Shown one piece after another: positions 1-14,243 of a stretch of DNA of 64,000 nt. Made by a program: the position numbers and the translations under genes. The notes under the pieces are model-generated. The model saw nothing but the letters and a program-made list of their open reading frames with translations, was not told the DNA's origin and made no database searches. The stretch is taken from NCBI GenBank assembly GCA_051294375.1, contig JBJCIZ010000046.1, positions 1 to 64,000 on the forward strand. The letters run 5' to 3'. The stretch is from Paraspadella gotoi. Its lineage: Eukaryota; Animalia; Chaetognatha. Every line of letters starts with the position of its first letter. Positions within the stretch are counted from its first letter, which is position 1.

Positions 1-103
1 GAGAAACCCAATAATGACAAACAATGAAATTACCATATAACCAGTTCCGTTCTTCGAAGATTTATGAAAAATTTTGGTATCCGGAAACACAATTGGTTTA
101 AAA
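1..103 (-). pseudogene. env: Fragment of family A env (membrane-proximal/TM region)
   Basis: Reverse complement of ~59483-59583; ends at an N gap. Confidence 0.8.
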
Positions 104-1029
104 NNNNNNNNNNNNNNNNNNNNNNNNNTTTTCATCGTCGTCAGTTCTTCAGTCGTTCGTCGTTTCTTCGATTTTCCTGAGAATTTTTTCTGCTCAATTC
201 AAAATCAGAGTCATCATCATTCGTCATCATAATCGATCATCCATCATGAGTATCCATCATCATCATCATATCATCGTTCATCTGTTTATAAAAAAAAATA
301 TGTTCGAGGTCGAAAACTCTTGTTGTTCAACCTTATGTAGTTGGACAGTTTATTCCGAGAAAATATATGTAGATTTCCAAAGAAAACCAGCACGGCGGAA
401 TGCCCCCCTCTCTCTCTCTCTCATCTCTTGTTCTCACTCCCTCTGTTTTTAATTCATTATTTATTACTTGCTTTTTAGGTCATGTATAGTTCATTCCTTC
501 CCTCCCTCCTTCTTCTTTTCATTTTTTTATTATTCCATTTTCAAATTCATTCATTCATTTCATTCCTACAATTCATCTCTTTTCTTTTTCATTTCTTTTC
601 CCTGATCAGGTTGGCTCGAAGGTTCAAGTCGACGACAAAAAACCGTTTTTAAAGATCTTTTATTGAGGTCAAAATAAAGCGACAACGACGATTGACGACC
701 GACGACGACCATGGACGACGTTGACGACTGACATAAAAGACGACGGCGATTTGACGATGGAAGACGGATGACGTTCTTATTTGAAGACGACGCATGACCG
801 ACCGACGTACATGCAACGTACCGCAGTTGACCAAAGTGCCGACGACGAAGCGAACCCATTTTAAGGACATTACAGAAAACTTTCTCGCAAATTCTCTTAA
901 TTTTACTTTCACTTACCGGAAAGGATGATTTGCCAGAATTTACGGCACAAACACGATGATACGTACAACAAATCCTGTGAATTCAGCTCCTTGACTTCAA
1001 ATAATATGCTCTTCTTTGATTTCAGAAGA

Positions 1030-1680
1030 TGTGAGGGAGAGAACGGAGAGATAGAGTATGAGGGAGAGAGAGGACCGACCAGAGATCGAGACGACTTGGA
1101 CGGAGAGAGTGCAGACGAGAGAGAGAGCGAGCTGGATGATGAGACGACTCGAGAGAGAGACGCAGGAGAAAAAGAGACGATGAGAGAGGAAGTGAGAGAA
1201 AGAAATTAAGAGAGACGAGGAGAGAGGGATATAGAGAGACAGAGAGATGAGAGATGAGAGAGACGAGAGAGGAGAGAGAGATGAGAGAGAAAGAAGAAGA
1301 CAGCGAGAGAGAGAGCGCGAAAGAGATGAGAGAGACATCAGAGACATAGCAAGGACAGAAATAACAAGCAAATGACACAACGACAGAGGACAGACACAAA
1401 AAAAAGACCAGAGACACGGCAGAGACAACGATCGAGACAGAGACGCTCTCCCTCGCACGCGTATTTTCCTCCGATTCGTGACTCCGCGCCGGGAAAATTT
1501 CGTCCGGCGAAATATTTCCCATAGAGTAAACAGATTGAAGTCTCGCCCGTGACGAGAGAGAGAGAGAGAGGAAAGAGAGATGAGAGAGTCTGCAGGAAGA
1601 TAGAGAGAGATGAGAGAGAGAAAGATGAGAGGAGAGAGTAGGAGAGAAACGAGAGAGAGAGAGATGAGAGAAGAGAGTTT
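1030..1680. repeat. Degenerate (GA)n microsatellite / purine-rich low complexity
   Basis: Interrupted gaga runs seen directly; overlapping S/L- and R/E-rich ORFs are artefacts. Confidence 0.85.
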
Positions 1681-1749
1681 GCGTGTCTTTTGCCCTTTGT
1701 TCGGCCCGATCTTCAATGCGGCAACGATGGAGTCTTCATTCATAATTCT

Positions 1750-2290
1750 TCTTTTGGTTCCGTCCCCGTTCGTTTTCTCTTTTCTTCCCTCCTTCTCTCT
1801 TTACTTTCCTTTTCCTCCTTTCCTTTTCTCCTTTTCTTTTGTTGTTCATTTCTCTTCTTTCCCTCTCTCCACTTCCCTCTTTTTTTCCTTTCTTTGATTC
1901 ATCGTTGCTTTTTCTTGCTTCCTTTTCTTTTCTCATTTCCTTTCTTCTTTCTTTTCTCGTTTTATTTCCTCCATTTCCTTTCCCTTTTTCCTTTCCTCCT
2001 TTTTTCCTTTCTTTGATTCATCGTTGCTTGTTCTTCTTCCTTTTCTTTTCTCATTTTCTTTCCTTCTTTTCTTTTCTCGTTTATTTCCTTCCATTTTCTT
2101 TCCCTCTTCCTTTCCTCCTTTTCTTTCTTCTCTCTTTGATTTATCGTTTTTGCTTTTTCTTCTTTGTCTTTCCCTCCTTATCTTTTTTCCTTTTCCTTTT
2201 CTCCTTTCTCTTTCACTTTATTCCTTTCCTAATTTCTTTCAGCTCCTTTAACTTTCCTCCTATTTCTTTCAATCCTTTTTTTTCTCTCCT
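1750..2290. repeat. CT-rich low-complexity tract with internal ~120-bp repeat
   Basis: ttttcctttctttgattcatcgttgct recurs at ~1885 and ~2003, and more degenerately at ~2130. Confidence 0.75.
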
Positions 2291-2669
2291 TATATTTAAT
2301 GTAGATATATACGATAGTCTAGATACTTAGCAACCGTGAACCATCTAGAGTCGGTCTGAATATCTTCTAGCTCATAGATTATTGTAAATAGAGATATGGT
2401 ACGGTTGTGTCACTTACCGGGTGATGAGAGGCAGGAGCTTCTTTTGAGCAAGAGAGTGAGGATGAGAGGGAGTGAGCAAAGATAGCGTTTGATGGGGCCC
2501 TTTTCGTATGGCCTATACTAGTTAATGAAGCTACCTCCATCCAGCAACCGTACGCGCAAACCATGAGGCTGCTGGGATCGGTTAAAGCCTAATCTTTTTA
2601 TAACCATATTTAGTCAGTTTACCCATTAAATTTTTATATGGGCCCCTATAAAAATGGCACCTCAAACAC

Positions 2670-4735
2670 CAGGTAGGATACTTCCGACTCTCACGACGAA
2701 TAGTTCAATAAATACCGGTTTCACTCGCTCAATAAACAAGAGTGAATGCAACACAATGAAGACTGAAAACCCGACTAATGACCAAACAATTGAAAATTAC
2801 CATCATAACCAGTTTGCACGCTTTCTCCTGAAAGATTTATGAAAAATTTTGGTTATCCGGAAACACAATTGGTTTAAAACCATTGAGACGAATTCAATTG
2901 TTGCAAAGATAAATTTACCACATATGTGAAAATTCAATCAGCGATAACATTCAACTTTCGGCCTTTATTGATACAAATAATAGAGTGCTAGAACATTCAG
3001 GACCGTTAGGATGAAAACAATGGTATAATACCTTCAGATTCAGAAACAATGAAAACATTTGCGGATCAGGTGTCAATAAAACACATGTGTGTATGATCTG
3101 TATTTTTCTGAATAGACAATTTTCATTGAATGGACAGGGAAATCAGTTGTATATTTTAATCAGTTTAAACGAATTATCAAAATCTAATACAGCATGACTC
3201 CCATGAACATTTATAGAATAACCCTTTTCAAGCTTATGTTTAACATGACAATTCACTGCTGGGCCCTCATTTTNNNNNNNNNNNNNNNNNNNNNNNNNCA
3301 ATTAAGACGTGACGAGATTGATAAATCAAATAACATAGAATCTTATGTATTCAACATGATGGCCCCCTGGGTGGCCTCTAAACTCGTTTTTAATATCTGT
3401 GCCCGTTTTTTTCCTTTTTTAATTATACAGCTTTTCGTGAAGTGTATAGTGAATCGTGATATGTACATTTCCTGTAGTTATGAATTCATCTAACGAGGAC
3501 TATCCATTTATTGCTCGAAAGAAAGTTAAACAAAAACTCTTCCGTCATTAACATAATTCTTCAAACTGTATTTCAAAGACAGGGCTTTTGCAGCAATTGA
3601 AAAACTTATAAATGCAAATATTTAAATAGCATATCTCTTTAGTTATTCTAGGAAAATTAACACAATAATAATAAGAATTACCCGTCAGTTATAAGAAATC
3701 ATGTCAATCCTTGATTCATATCATATTAACATGCTATGAAGGCTAACCTGCAAAGTTATTCCTGCAAAAACTAATATACATATGTGCTGTAGGTGCAAAT
3801 CCTCGTATAATGAGTCATAGTCAAGTATCGCTCATTGGCGTCAATATTCGTGTCCATACACTAATAGTCAGTGCTTTATCGCGCTTAGGAAACTCATCAG
3901 AATACATGCTCGTCTCCTGCTATTTTTACATGCATATTGAGCGCCCAACCATCAAGTTATTTACCATTCTACCAAGAGGTTCTGTTAATACCTTAAGATG
4001 ATTTGACATGCCTTACCTATAAGATTCACATGCACCCCAAAAACATGTCTTACTGTCTGACATGAAAGTTACTTTACTTCTCTATTCAGTTCGCGAACCT
4101 GTGTTGAAACACTCTCCTCTTCAACAAAGTTGCAATTAAATTTGTCTATGTTCAATGTATGGTTATATTTGATGTTAGAATTTTATGTAATATCCCGTGG
4201 GCAATAAGAGCATTGGCAATTCTCCCAAAAGAATTCTGCCAAACACTCTACTCTTCAGCCGAAGTACTATACGCCATAGTGTGATATTCCGCAATTTATA
4301 GTACAAAAGTGCTCTTTCATTAAAATGGAGTTAGTCACGTGTTTTCTTTCAATTCATGTAAACATGTACCGTAATAAGCTCACTATGTAAGTTTCAAGCC
4401 AAATGTGCTGCTTCAGTCCCTTTTACTAAACCTTCGAAACATGCAGGCAGCTGCCCTGTCATTGTCCCGCCATTTTTTATAATGATTTGCCAATATAGTA
4501 ATTCAAGATCCGTAAGTTGTATATTTCGAGTATATAAATTATAGACGCTGCAAGGAGATACAAGAACTAGCACACTCAATTAATGATCGCTCTCTACTCC
4601 TTACACCAACGCGGATTCTTGGCTCCGCTCTCTGGTCGCTCTGATCATTACCTCCACTCGCGCAACCCTCTCACGTCCTAGCGAAGTTATTGACGGTCAT
4701 TCTTGCCACTCCCTTTTTCTAATCGTTGTATTTCT
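2670..4735 (-). pseudogene. env: Family A env, heavily frameshifted copy
   Basis: Homologous to 58022-59660 (e.g. IIKNGGTMTGQLPAC; TM region at ~2740-2800). Confidence 0.7.
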
Positions 4736-5880
4736 CGTTGAAAAAAACAAAAACTGCTTCTTATCCTTAAAATTCGCTTACATCGATGCTATTTTTTACT
4801 AACGAACACTCATCGTTTCCGAACGACTTAGTGCAATACTACTAAATTTCATTACTTATCCACAGACGGGGCTCCTTGTGCCTTCTCCCATCAACCTTAA
4901 CTAATAGATTCTGAACTACAAGCTTCCGTGGCACCCCAGGGCGCTTCTGTTCCCCCTCAATCACCAGTCTCCTCTGAGCCAACCATAAAATGCCCAACAA
5001 CGAAATATTTCGATTTTTTATTTTTTATTATATTATCTTATTTTATTCCAATAGGTTTGATTTGGTGACCATCCTTTCGCGTTATTTTTCACCGGCGGTA
5101 CAGAACCGAGATCTACTTCTGACCACCGTCGTGGCCTGTTCGGCTAAAGAAAACATAATTTAGGTATGTTAATGTCACTAGCAAAGCGGGCTTCCTTGGT
5201 TTTTCCTCCAAGCCAAAACCGATGGCACTCTCACAAGTGATTCACAACGAAAATCCCCTGGTCTGCCCCCCTTCTCCTAACACGATAAAGTAAGTAACTT
5301 CTTTTACAAAATGTCTTCCTTCTTGGCAGTGTCTATTATGTATTTTATATATTTTTTTCAGGAAGTGTTCAAAGTATCGTAGTAGAATGTGCAACAATAT
5401 TTTTTAAACATAAACAAAAAAAATAATATTTATGTCCCAGTCAAAAATTATACATGACATCAAGCTCGTAACAATCGTGGTACATCTACGGAGAATGTTT
5501 CGCTCCCCGCCCTCATATGACCGCAAACGCCAAGCACTGAGTGAATTCGCTCCCAGGGGCTCACTCACTCTGTACCAGAGTACGACTTACATAAGACCTG
5601 TTTGCCTGGTGCACTCCAGCACCTCAACTCAGCTTCAGTCCTCCGGTTCACACATTCCAACTTGCATCTCTGGTTCGTACTGGTGCTCGACGCCTAACCT
5701 TTCATCGGCGCACTCGTCCGTATGTTGGCCGTACGTCCTAAATCTACCAGGTCTGCTGAGTAAAAGTTGCAGTAGTCTCGTGAGAGCGCGTCCTCTTGTC
5801 TCACCAAATTTCCGGTTTCGCTTATTATCCTTAGTGATGTTGGCCGAGCCTGAACACCAGGGTCTGTACTAAAGTGCACA

Positions 5881-7229
5881 ATGTCTGACGCTGTCTCACC
5901 CAAATTTCGCTTTCCTTATCCAATGTCAGATCTTACGACGCCCACCAATGGCCACGCCCGCCTCATTAACCACCTTAGAGGTGGGGGGCGCACCATGGCA
6001 ACGCCGACGCAAGGCTCCGNNNNNNNNNNNNNNNNNNNNNNNNNNNNNNNNNNNNNNNNNNNNNNNNNNNNNNNNNNNNNNNNNNNNNNNNNNNNNNNNN
6101 NTGGAAAAAATCAATCAAGGTCGATACCTCTTCTCTCTTCATTTTCGATTTTCTAGAACGCACATTTTCATTTTCGGGCAATATTTAGTAAATGGTTTNN
6201 NNNNNNNNNNNNNNNNNNNNNNNNNNNNNNNNNNNNNNNNNNNNNNNNNNNNNNNNNNNNNNNNNNNNNNNNNNNNNNNNNNNNNNNNNNNNNNNNNNNN
6301 NNNNNNNNNNNNNNNNNNNNNNNNNNNNNNNNNNNNNNNNNNNNNNNNNNNNNNNNNNNNNNNNNNNNNNNNNNNNNNNNNNNNNNNNNNNNNNNNNNNN
6401 NNNNNNNNNNNNNNNNNNNNNNNNNNNNNNNNNNNNNNNNNNNNNNNNNNNNNNNNNNNNNNNNNNNNNNNNNNNNNNNNNNNNNNNNNNNNNNNNNNNN
6501 NNNNNNNNNNNNNNNNNNNNNNNNNNNNNNNNACTGTAAGAATTTTGATTCCTTTTATATATTTATATAACCACAATTAACATTCCAGCCTACAAACTAT
6601 TCCTACGTCGCCGTCTTGGACGCCTCCTCAACCGCAAGAGGCGCTACAGCCGCAGAAGCAGCAATCGCAGNNNNNNNNNNNNNNNNNNNNNNNNNNNNNN
6701 NNNNNNNNNNNNNNNCGCAAGAGGCGCTACAGCCGCAGAAGCAGCAATCGCAGCATCAGCCATTGCCAACAACGGTCCCGCTCCACTACGCCTTCGCCGC
6801 CGCCGTCGCCACTAATGCCGCCCTCGCCTACTTCTGACGTTGCGAGCGTAAGTGNNNNNNNNNNNNNNNNNNNNNNNNNNNNNNNNNNNNNNNNNNNNNN
6901 NNNNNNNNNNNNNNNNNNNNNNNNNNNNNNNNNNNNNNNNNNNNNNNNNNNNNNNNNNNNNNNNNNNNNNNNNNNNNNNNNNNNNNNNNNNNNNNNNNNN
7001 NNNNNNNNNNNNNNNNNNNNNNNNNNNNNNNNNNNNNNNNNNNNNNNNNNNNNNNNNNNNNNNNNNNNNNNNNNNNNNNNNNNNNNNNNNNNNNNNNNNN
7101 NACGGGCTCCCGATCCTCATCGACTTTCGTCGCCTACCTTGTGACTACGACGACGACGACCAAACCGACGCCGATGTCGACCGTGTCGTCGCCGATCTCC
7201 GCGTCGCCGTCGAACTCAATGTCACTTAA
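5881..7229 (+). pseudogene. Family A antisense spliced membrane-protein gene, copy 1 (gapped)
   Basis: MSDAVSPKF ORF at 5881; exon after ...cattccag at ~6588; gtaagt donor at ~6848; last exon ...AVELNVT* ends at 7229. Confidence 0.7.
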
Positions 7230-8789
7230 TGTAGCGTGTTTTTATTCTTTTTCCAGTTTATTTTTGTTTGTATGTTCCAAAACATACATGTTTAGTTAGC
7301 ATGTTTATTTGTTTGTATGTTCCAAAACATACATATTTAGTTAGCATNNNNNNNNNNNNNNNNNNNNNNNNNNNNNNNNNNNNNNNNNNNNNNNNNNNNN
7401 NNNNNNNNNNNNNNNNNNNNNNNNNNNNNNNNNNNNNNNCAAAAATATTAAAAGTTTGCTAGCGGACAAAACAAACAACCAGAACGAACAAGCCAAATCA
7501 CGATGAGATGAGATGGACAACTGAATAAATGAATGAACGAATGAATAATGAGACAATCAAACAAAATTTTAGATTTTATAATTAACATGTTTTCGAGNNN
7601 NNNNNNNATACCGATTACGAGCCGCGTCTTTTGTTTTCGCCGGACTCCCGATCCTCGCTCCATCCGTTGAAACATCACGACGCTGCGACGCAGCGGAATC
7701 AGCTGCTTTTACTTCCGAGAAATCTCCATTTGATTTTAATCTTACGTTTTCCAAACCAGCATCCTCAACTTGTTCTTTATCGTCGCCCAATTCATTTAAA
7801 TTTTTTGANNNNNNNNNNTCGTCACCCGCAAAATCTTCCAACTCGCGGATTCGCGCAGATTTAGTATCAACATAAACATTGCCAAAAGAAGATGTCGGTG
7901 ACAGTTTAAATACATCAACAATNNNNNNNNNNNNNNNNNNNNNNNNNTGTCTGCCGCTCGCCGGTCAGATCTCACCAGGTTCTCGTCTGTCCGACTCGGT
8001 TCTGTTCTGTCCGTCGGTCGATCTCTCTCCTCACATTACGTCTCAGAAAATTTTACCTCGACACCACACCCAACTGTTTTTTTTTTCAGGCAGAACATGC
8101 GAAGCGTGACATTGTTTGATCGTCAAATGACCTAAATAACGATCGTCGACCTCTTCGATCGATACATTCAAGAGTAAGTCGATCGCTCCAGCCAGTGTCG
8201 CTACGGCATAACAACATCATTACTTGAATTTCAATATACTTATATTGTTAAATATTGGGGCCCTTCTAATTAATTACAATAGAACCGATCAACTCAAACA
8301 TGTTAAAACGGAAAGATTAACGAATCAAACAGTTCGACACTTCTCTCCTTAACCCTGCCCCCCCCTTCTCCATTGTAACGAAACCCCTGCCCCGCGAAGA
8401 GCCCGAGCCAATATTGCGGCTTCTCCTGCCCAAACCGGGTCGCCCGCGCCGACTCGACGGTTGAGAGGCGCTGTCCACTATTGCTTCATGTTACATTCGT
8501 CTACAAAAACTCATCATCATTTACCAACTTGGGCTTGCAACTTTATGGATTGCATATGTTTCTGGGCACAAATCTATGTTTGCTACGGGTTGACATAGTA
8601 TTTTTACAGCGTCTTCCAATTGGTCAAAACAGGGTGAGGAATCAGCAGCGGCATTATATTTATTTGAGCGTCGGTCTGCTCCGTGCCGACGCGTCTTGGT
8701 CCGCCCGAGAAAATCTAAGCCCTGTCTTACAGTTTCTATGAAGAAGAAAACTAAGTGAAAAATATTTTTTATTGTTAAAAGATAACAGT

Positions 8790-8828
8790 ATCTCTCTCTC
8801 TCTCTCTTCTCTTCTCTCTCTCTCTCTC

Positions 8829-8876
<48 letters not shown>

Positions 8877-9450
8877 TCCACCCCATCTACAGACATGTGG
8901 TCTCCTCAGCAACGTTTCTCCCGACAACACGGCCACACTGGCGAGTTTTCTGCGGTCAGCCTCAAGTGCCACGGTTACCTTGGATCACTACAACGCACAC
9001 TGGTGCCTTACCCAATCAATCTTATACAACCGACAACTCTACGCGAATTTCAGTCGTTGCATGTTCGCGACGAACTATGTTGTACACGGTCGTCAGGCGT
9101 CGCTTCTCAAATGGCTGAAGCTGCTAATTTGTGGCTAAGAATCAGGTGTGTTGCAAAGGGATGGAAAGGAAGACAGGGAGAAAGAGACGGAGAGAGAGAG
9201 AGAGAGTTAGAAGAGAGAGAGAGGATGAGAGAGAGAGAGAAGAAGAGCAGAAAGCGAAAGTAACAGAAAAGAGTATGAGAAGAGAGAGAGAGAAAAATCG
9301 ATTAATTTAATCCCGACATCATTAATCAATGGGTGCGAGCGATTTAACAAACTTTCTGCATATTTCAAATCAAACAAGTTTTATTAATTAACGAGGGCTT
9401 TTAATTGTATAGAGACAAACTTTCTCTCTCTCTCTCTCTCTGCTCTCTCT

Positions 9451-9509
<59 letters not shown>

Positions 9510-9510
9510 A
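8790..9510. repeat. Cluster of (CT)n/(GA)n microsatellites (~8790-8880, ~9175-9295, ~9420-9510)
   Basis: Seen directly. Confidence 0.85.
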
Positions 9511-12089
9511 TTCCTTTTCATCCATTCCCTCTCCACACTTCCTCTCAAAACTCTCACCACGCTTATTTACCCGCGACACTTAATCCCACACACTTCAATC
9601 TCACACCTTCCTTCTTAGTTTACACACTGATCCCTCTCAACAAAACTATTGTTACATCTCCCTCTGTTCTCCGCTTTCCTCTTCCTTCTCCTCCCAATCC
9701 CTTTCCCTTCTTCTCTTCCCCTTTCCCCTCTTCCCTTCCCCTCTCCCGCATTCATCCCCTCCTCCAGAAACGAGGTGGATCCTCAAACAATCTCCGAATG
9801 AACGGCTGCCTGAAGACAAGTTCCCGACGGACTCTTCGATCGCCTGAGCAAGAAGTTCTTGGAGGACAAGAGTTGAGCCGGAACGGAGCATCCTCATCAA
9901 CATGATCGACGACAACTGCTCTTCCTCAACAGTCACGGATCAAATCGTGGTCGACACCTCTGGTTGTCTTTTTAAAGAGGCGAGCATGCCACGTGGACAG
10001 AGGCGTGAGCTTTTAAGGACCAGAGGGCTAGGGTCTAGAATGCGACAAGGTGTGTTTTTTCGAAGGGGCGAGTGGGTTGCCGGCGAGAAAAAACCGGTCC
10101 TGGGGGAAAGATTGGGTAGTCCCGAGGAAGTAAGATAGTTGTTAGATGGTTTAAAAAAATATCTGTAGATTGTTAAATTGAAGTGATGGGATGATAGCGA
10201 GAAGTATGACGGTAAGTAATAAGAAAAAAATAGAGTCGTGGTCAGTAATGGGAAGAGGAAGATAAAGGAATGAATAAATTGTGATTAAGAAGTGTGAGAT
10301 TTTGAAAATTAGCACTTGGAATTCAATTTACAGACACGGCGAAACAGTGGAAGCGATTTTAGATTGAATCAACAATTTTTTTTTTTCAAATCTTTGAATG
10401 GATTTATTGCTGTCTGGGATTTAGTTTATGTGGCGAGGGAAAAGAAAAAGGAAGGAGAAAGCGAAGAGGGAAAAGGGAAATAAAAAGGAGAGAATGAGGA
10501 TTATAAAACGGGAAGTAAAATACAAAGTATAAAAAAGAACGAAGAAAAGTAACAAGCAGGTTAAAAAAACGAAAGAAACGGTAACTCAAATATGGCCGGT
10601 TGCGCGCAATGACTTGTCAATCCCGTGTATTTTCACATCGCGGCACATACAGGAATCGTGGGAATAACGTCTGTTACTTTAGTATTATGTACTCTCGATA
10701 TCTTTTAAAAATACAAAAGGGCAAGTTGAGTAGTCCCGGTAAAGATTTGAGGTTTTTTCAGTCATTAACAAACAATTGAAATCAAAGACAAGACGAATAA
10801 TAGGCAATGAGTTTTGCAGCCTATCTTGAAGGTTGTGGGACAGACACGACGGGGCAAAGGACATTACCGACCAAACCGACGATCCGCTCCCGACCAATAG
10901 ACTGACCGAAAAGTGATGAGTTGCTCCGCGCAGTACTCGTCGGCGAAACTTTAAAAGAAGTGAAAAACTTAAAGGACGTTAGCGACTTGCAAAGTGGAAC
11001 GTCAAAGATCAAAAGGTTCTCAAACGAGAAAGTTGAAAAAAAAAAAGACGCGGAATAAAAGGAAAAGAAAACAAAAGGCTATTAGAAAAAAAAAAAAGAA
11101 AAAATTTTAAACGTATATTTATACGTAAAAATAAAAAGCATGACTATGAAAATAAAGCAATATAAGAAATAAAAAACTATGTATATACCTTTTGGTTTAA
11201 GATACATTTTAGTTTTTATTCGAACAATATGTTCCCTATAAATTTAATATTTGAATTTCATCTAATCCATCGCCAGAAACCTTTGCGCTCGTGAAACACG
11301 TCAAACAAGAAACGCAATATGGATTGCGACTTTCGAGAAATGGTCCACATCAAACCAAGCAATTGTTTGAAGTTCACGGAACTAAATAGTGTACAGAATT
11401 CGTTCCTCTCTCTCTTTACTGTGTTAATACATTCACATTTTGAGCATAATAAATCAAAATCAATCAAATCAATCTCTCTCTTCTCTCTTCTCTCTCCTCT
11501 CTCTCTCCTCTCTCTCTCTGCTCTCTCTCTTTCTCACTCTCCCACTTCCTTCCCATGGTCCGCCAAGAGCACAAGCGCCCATCTCCTCCGCTCTGAAGGA
11601 CGACGTTAAAAACCCCAACATTTTTTCCTCACTTTCTCCAGCATCATCACAACAAACGAGCAGTCATCACAACAACAACAACAGCTTGAAAAAGACTGTC
11701 CCCTTCTGTGTACTGCCGCAGAGTCCCGACTGATGGTTTGATTCTTTTTTTTTCAAGTTGTCATCTGTCTCTGTCTTCTGTTGTACTCTTCTTTCCCTTC
11801 TGCCCCCCATTTTTTCCTGCTCTCTTTCACTCTGTGTGTCTCATCCGGATAACTTCTAGTCTCGGCCTAATTATTATTCATAACACTACCACACCGCACG
11901 GTCTAGTTACATCTATCTAGCTCAACCATACTCTAATGTACATAATACACACAAGTGTTAACTCAGACGTGTTAAACGCTCCAATTCTTGTCAAATACCA
12001 GTATGTGGCAGGCAAAGTGTAGCTAACTATATGTGTTATTGTGGCGTTCGTTTGCTTCCAGAAAGCCAGATTCATTTGTCGGTCTTGTC

Positions 12090-14218
12090 CAAAGAAGAGA
12101 CAGGGATCTCCTTCTTGTGCAATCGTCGTTTTGTATTTCACTTCATGTACGCATCCCTCTATTTTCTGTATATGCTTCCCGTTTCGGTTAGCTATAACAA
12201 TGAAAATAAATTGTACTGCTTTCTCATTTCTGGTCCAATCTATTATAAATATATAACAAATCTATCTCTTAAGAATTTATGATTTACTACATATTATATA
12301 TATATGGTTTATATTAATATATCGCCAAATTAACATTTGCACGCACTACTTTCTCTCGCACGTTTCTGGCCGGACACGCGCTATCGGGTCGTTGGATTGG
12401 CTCTTCGCAACCGCGAAGAGGCGTACAGCCGCAGAAGCAGCCATGCAGCATCAGCCGATTGCCAACAACGTGTCCCGCTCCACGTACGCCTTCTCCGCCG
12501 CTACGACTTCGCACTTCAATCCGCCCTTCGCCACCCCTACTTCGACGTTGCCAGCAGTAACGTGAATTCTAAATCAAATCAGATCTCTCAACTACAGAGT
12601 GTTCCAGAGTTTTCCGACTTTAATATAATTAAATTTTAATTCTAAGTTTCAGTAAAATTTTTTTTTTTTTTTTTTTTTTTGTTCACCTTTAATTATATCC
12701 AGTATGAATTTCACACGTCATTCGATGGGGACACGAGGTGACCTCCGATCCTCATCGGACTTTTCGTGTCGCTCCTACCTTGTGACTTTACGACACGCCG
12801 CACCAAACCGACGCCGATGTCGACCTGTGTCGTCGCCGATTCCGCGTCGCCGTCGAACTCCAATGGTCACTTAAGTGTAGCGTGTTTTATGTCTTTTTCC
12901 AGTTTATTTTATTGTTTGTATGTTCCAAACAATTACATGTTTACGTTAGCCATGTTTATTTTGTTTGTTATGTTCCACAACATATAACTATTTACGTTAG
13001 CATGTTTGTATTTTTGTTTTATTTCATCAAACATTAGTTTGACTAGTCTAATCAATAATGTACATCGTATCATGGCCCAGCAAAAGTTTAGTGTATTTAC
13101 AAAAATATTAAAAGTTGCTACGGGACAAAAACAAACAACCAGAAATCGAAACAAGCCAAATCACGATGGAGATTGAGATGACAACTGAATAAATGAATGG
13201 AACGAAATGAATATAATGGACAATCAAAAATTTAGATTTGATAATTAAATTGTTTTCGAGGGCCTCAACTCATACGATTACGAAGCCGCGTCTTTGTTTC
13301 GCCGACTCCCGATCTCGCCTTTCCATCGTTGGAAACATCACGCTCTGCGACGCAGCGGATCAGCTGCTTTACTTGATTCCGGTCAGGAGAATCATCCATT
13401 TGATTTTAATCTTACGTTTTCCAAACACAGCATCCCAACTTGTTCTTATTGTCGCCCAATTCTTTAAATTTTTTGAGACGAAAAACGTCGGTCACCCGCA
13501 AAAGATTCTTCCAACTCGCGGATTCGCGCATGATTTAGTATTCAACATAAACATTGCCAAAGAGATGTCGCGCGTGACAGTTTAAATACATCAACATTAT
13601 TGTCGTGAAATGCGTTCTTTCCCGTCGATAACTCCTCGAGAATCAAACTGACTGGTGAGACTATTTTCAGTAATTCTTAGCTAAACGATACTTTGGTAAA
13701 CTGATTTAAATATCTTAATGCCGTTTCGCCGCGAAAATCTTAACCAAACATTCTCACCAATTCTTAAGTTTTTCTGAGTTTTTACTGATACGAAGCCAGG
13801 GACTCTTTCAGATATAGTAAATTATCGTAATTTTTCGCGCAATGTTGCAATAATTTTCTCATTTTTCCAAACGGTCCTTTTAGAATTTAATCTATTGAAA
13901 CGTTTATTTTTAACTAAAGAGCGATGTGAAATAAGAAGCGTCACGTCGGGTAAAATAAGAATCTCGAAAGGAGTCATGTCCCGTGAACGGGATTGTAAGC
14001 AGATCATTTAACATAAATTGGGTAAAAAGATAAATTTTCTCTTAATTCTGAAGGATTTTTATTAAATAAAAGAAATTTCATTGAGGAACTTAGCTTACGA
14101 ACGGCAAAGTTTTCAGCCATATTCGCACACGGTCGATAGCTACTCGTCACGCGGTGTCTTTGGCTACCGAGTAAGAATAACCATTTTGATAATTCCGACA
14201 CAAAACCAGCCCCTCTGT
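12090..14218 (-). mobile_element. Gypsy family A partial copy (integrase 3' part plus antisense gene 3' exons), indel-rich
   Basis: Homologous to the reverse complement of ~29530-31450; near-tandem with 14244-16330. Confidence 0.8.
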
Positions 14219-14243
14219 NNNNNNNNNNNNNNNNNNNNNNNNN

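Larger units (their letters stand above)
2300..7922 (-). mobile_element. Gypsy family A copy 1, 3' half (integrase end, antisense gene, env, candidate LTR)
   Basis: Collinear reverse complement of 55304-60005; integrase C-terminus ...RKHVNYKI* at 7569; noisy and gapped. Confidence 0.85.

Noticed and set aside
925-2330. Long S/L-, F- and R/E-rich ORFs
   Set aside because: Translations of GA/CT microsatellite and low-complexity DNA.
5926-7229. Long ORFs made mostly of X (also 16291-16788 and 41430-42777)
   Set aside because: They are open only because they span N gaps.
8893-9145. Exon-like block between microsatellites as an upstream agrin exon
   Set aside because: It has plausible AG/GT borders but no Kazal cysteine pattern in any frame.
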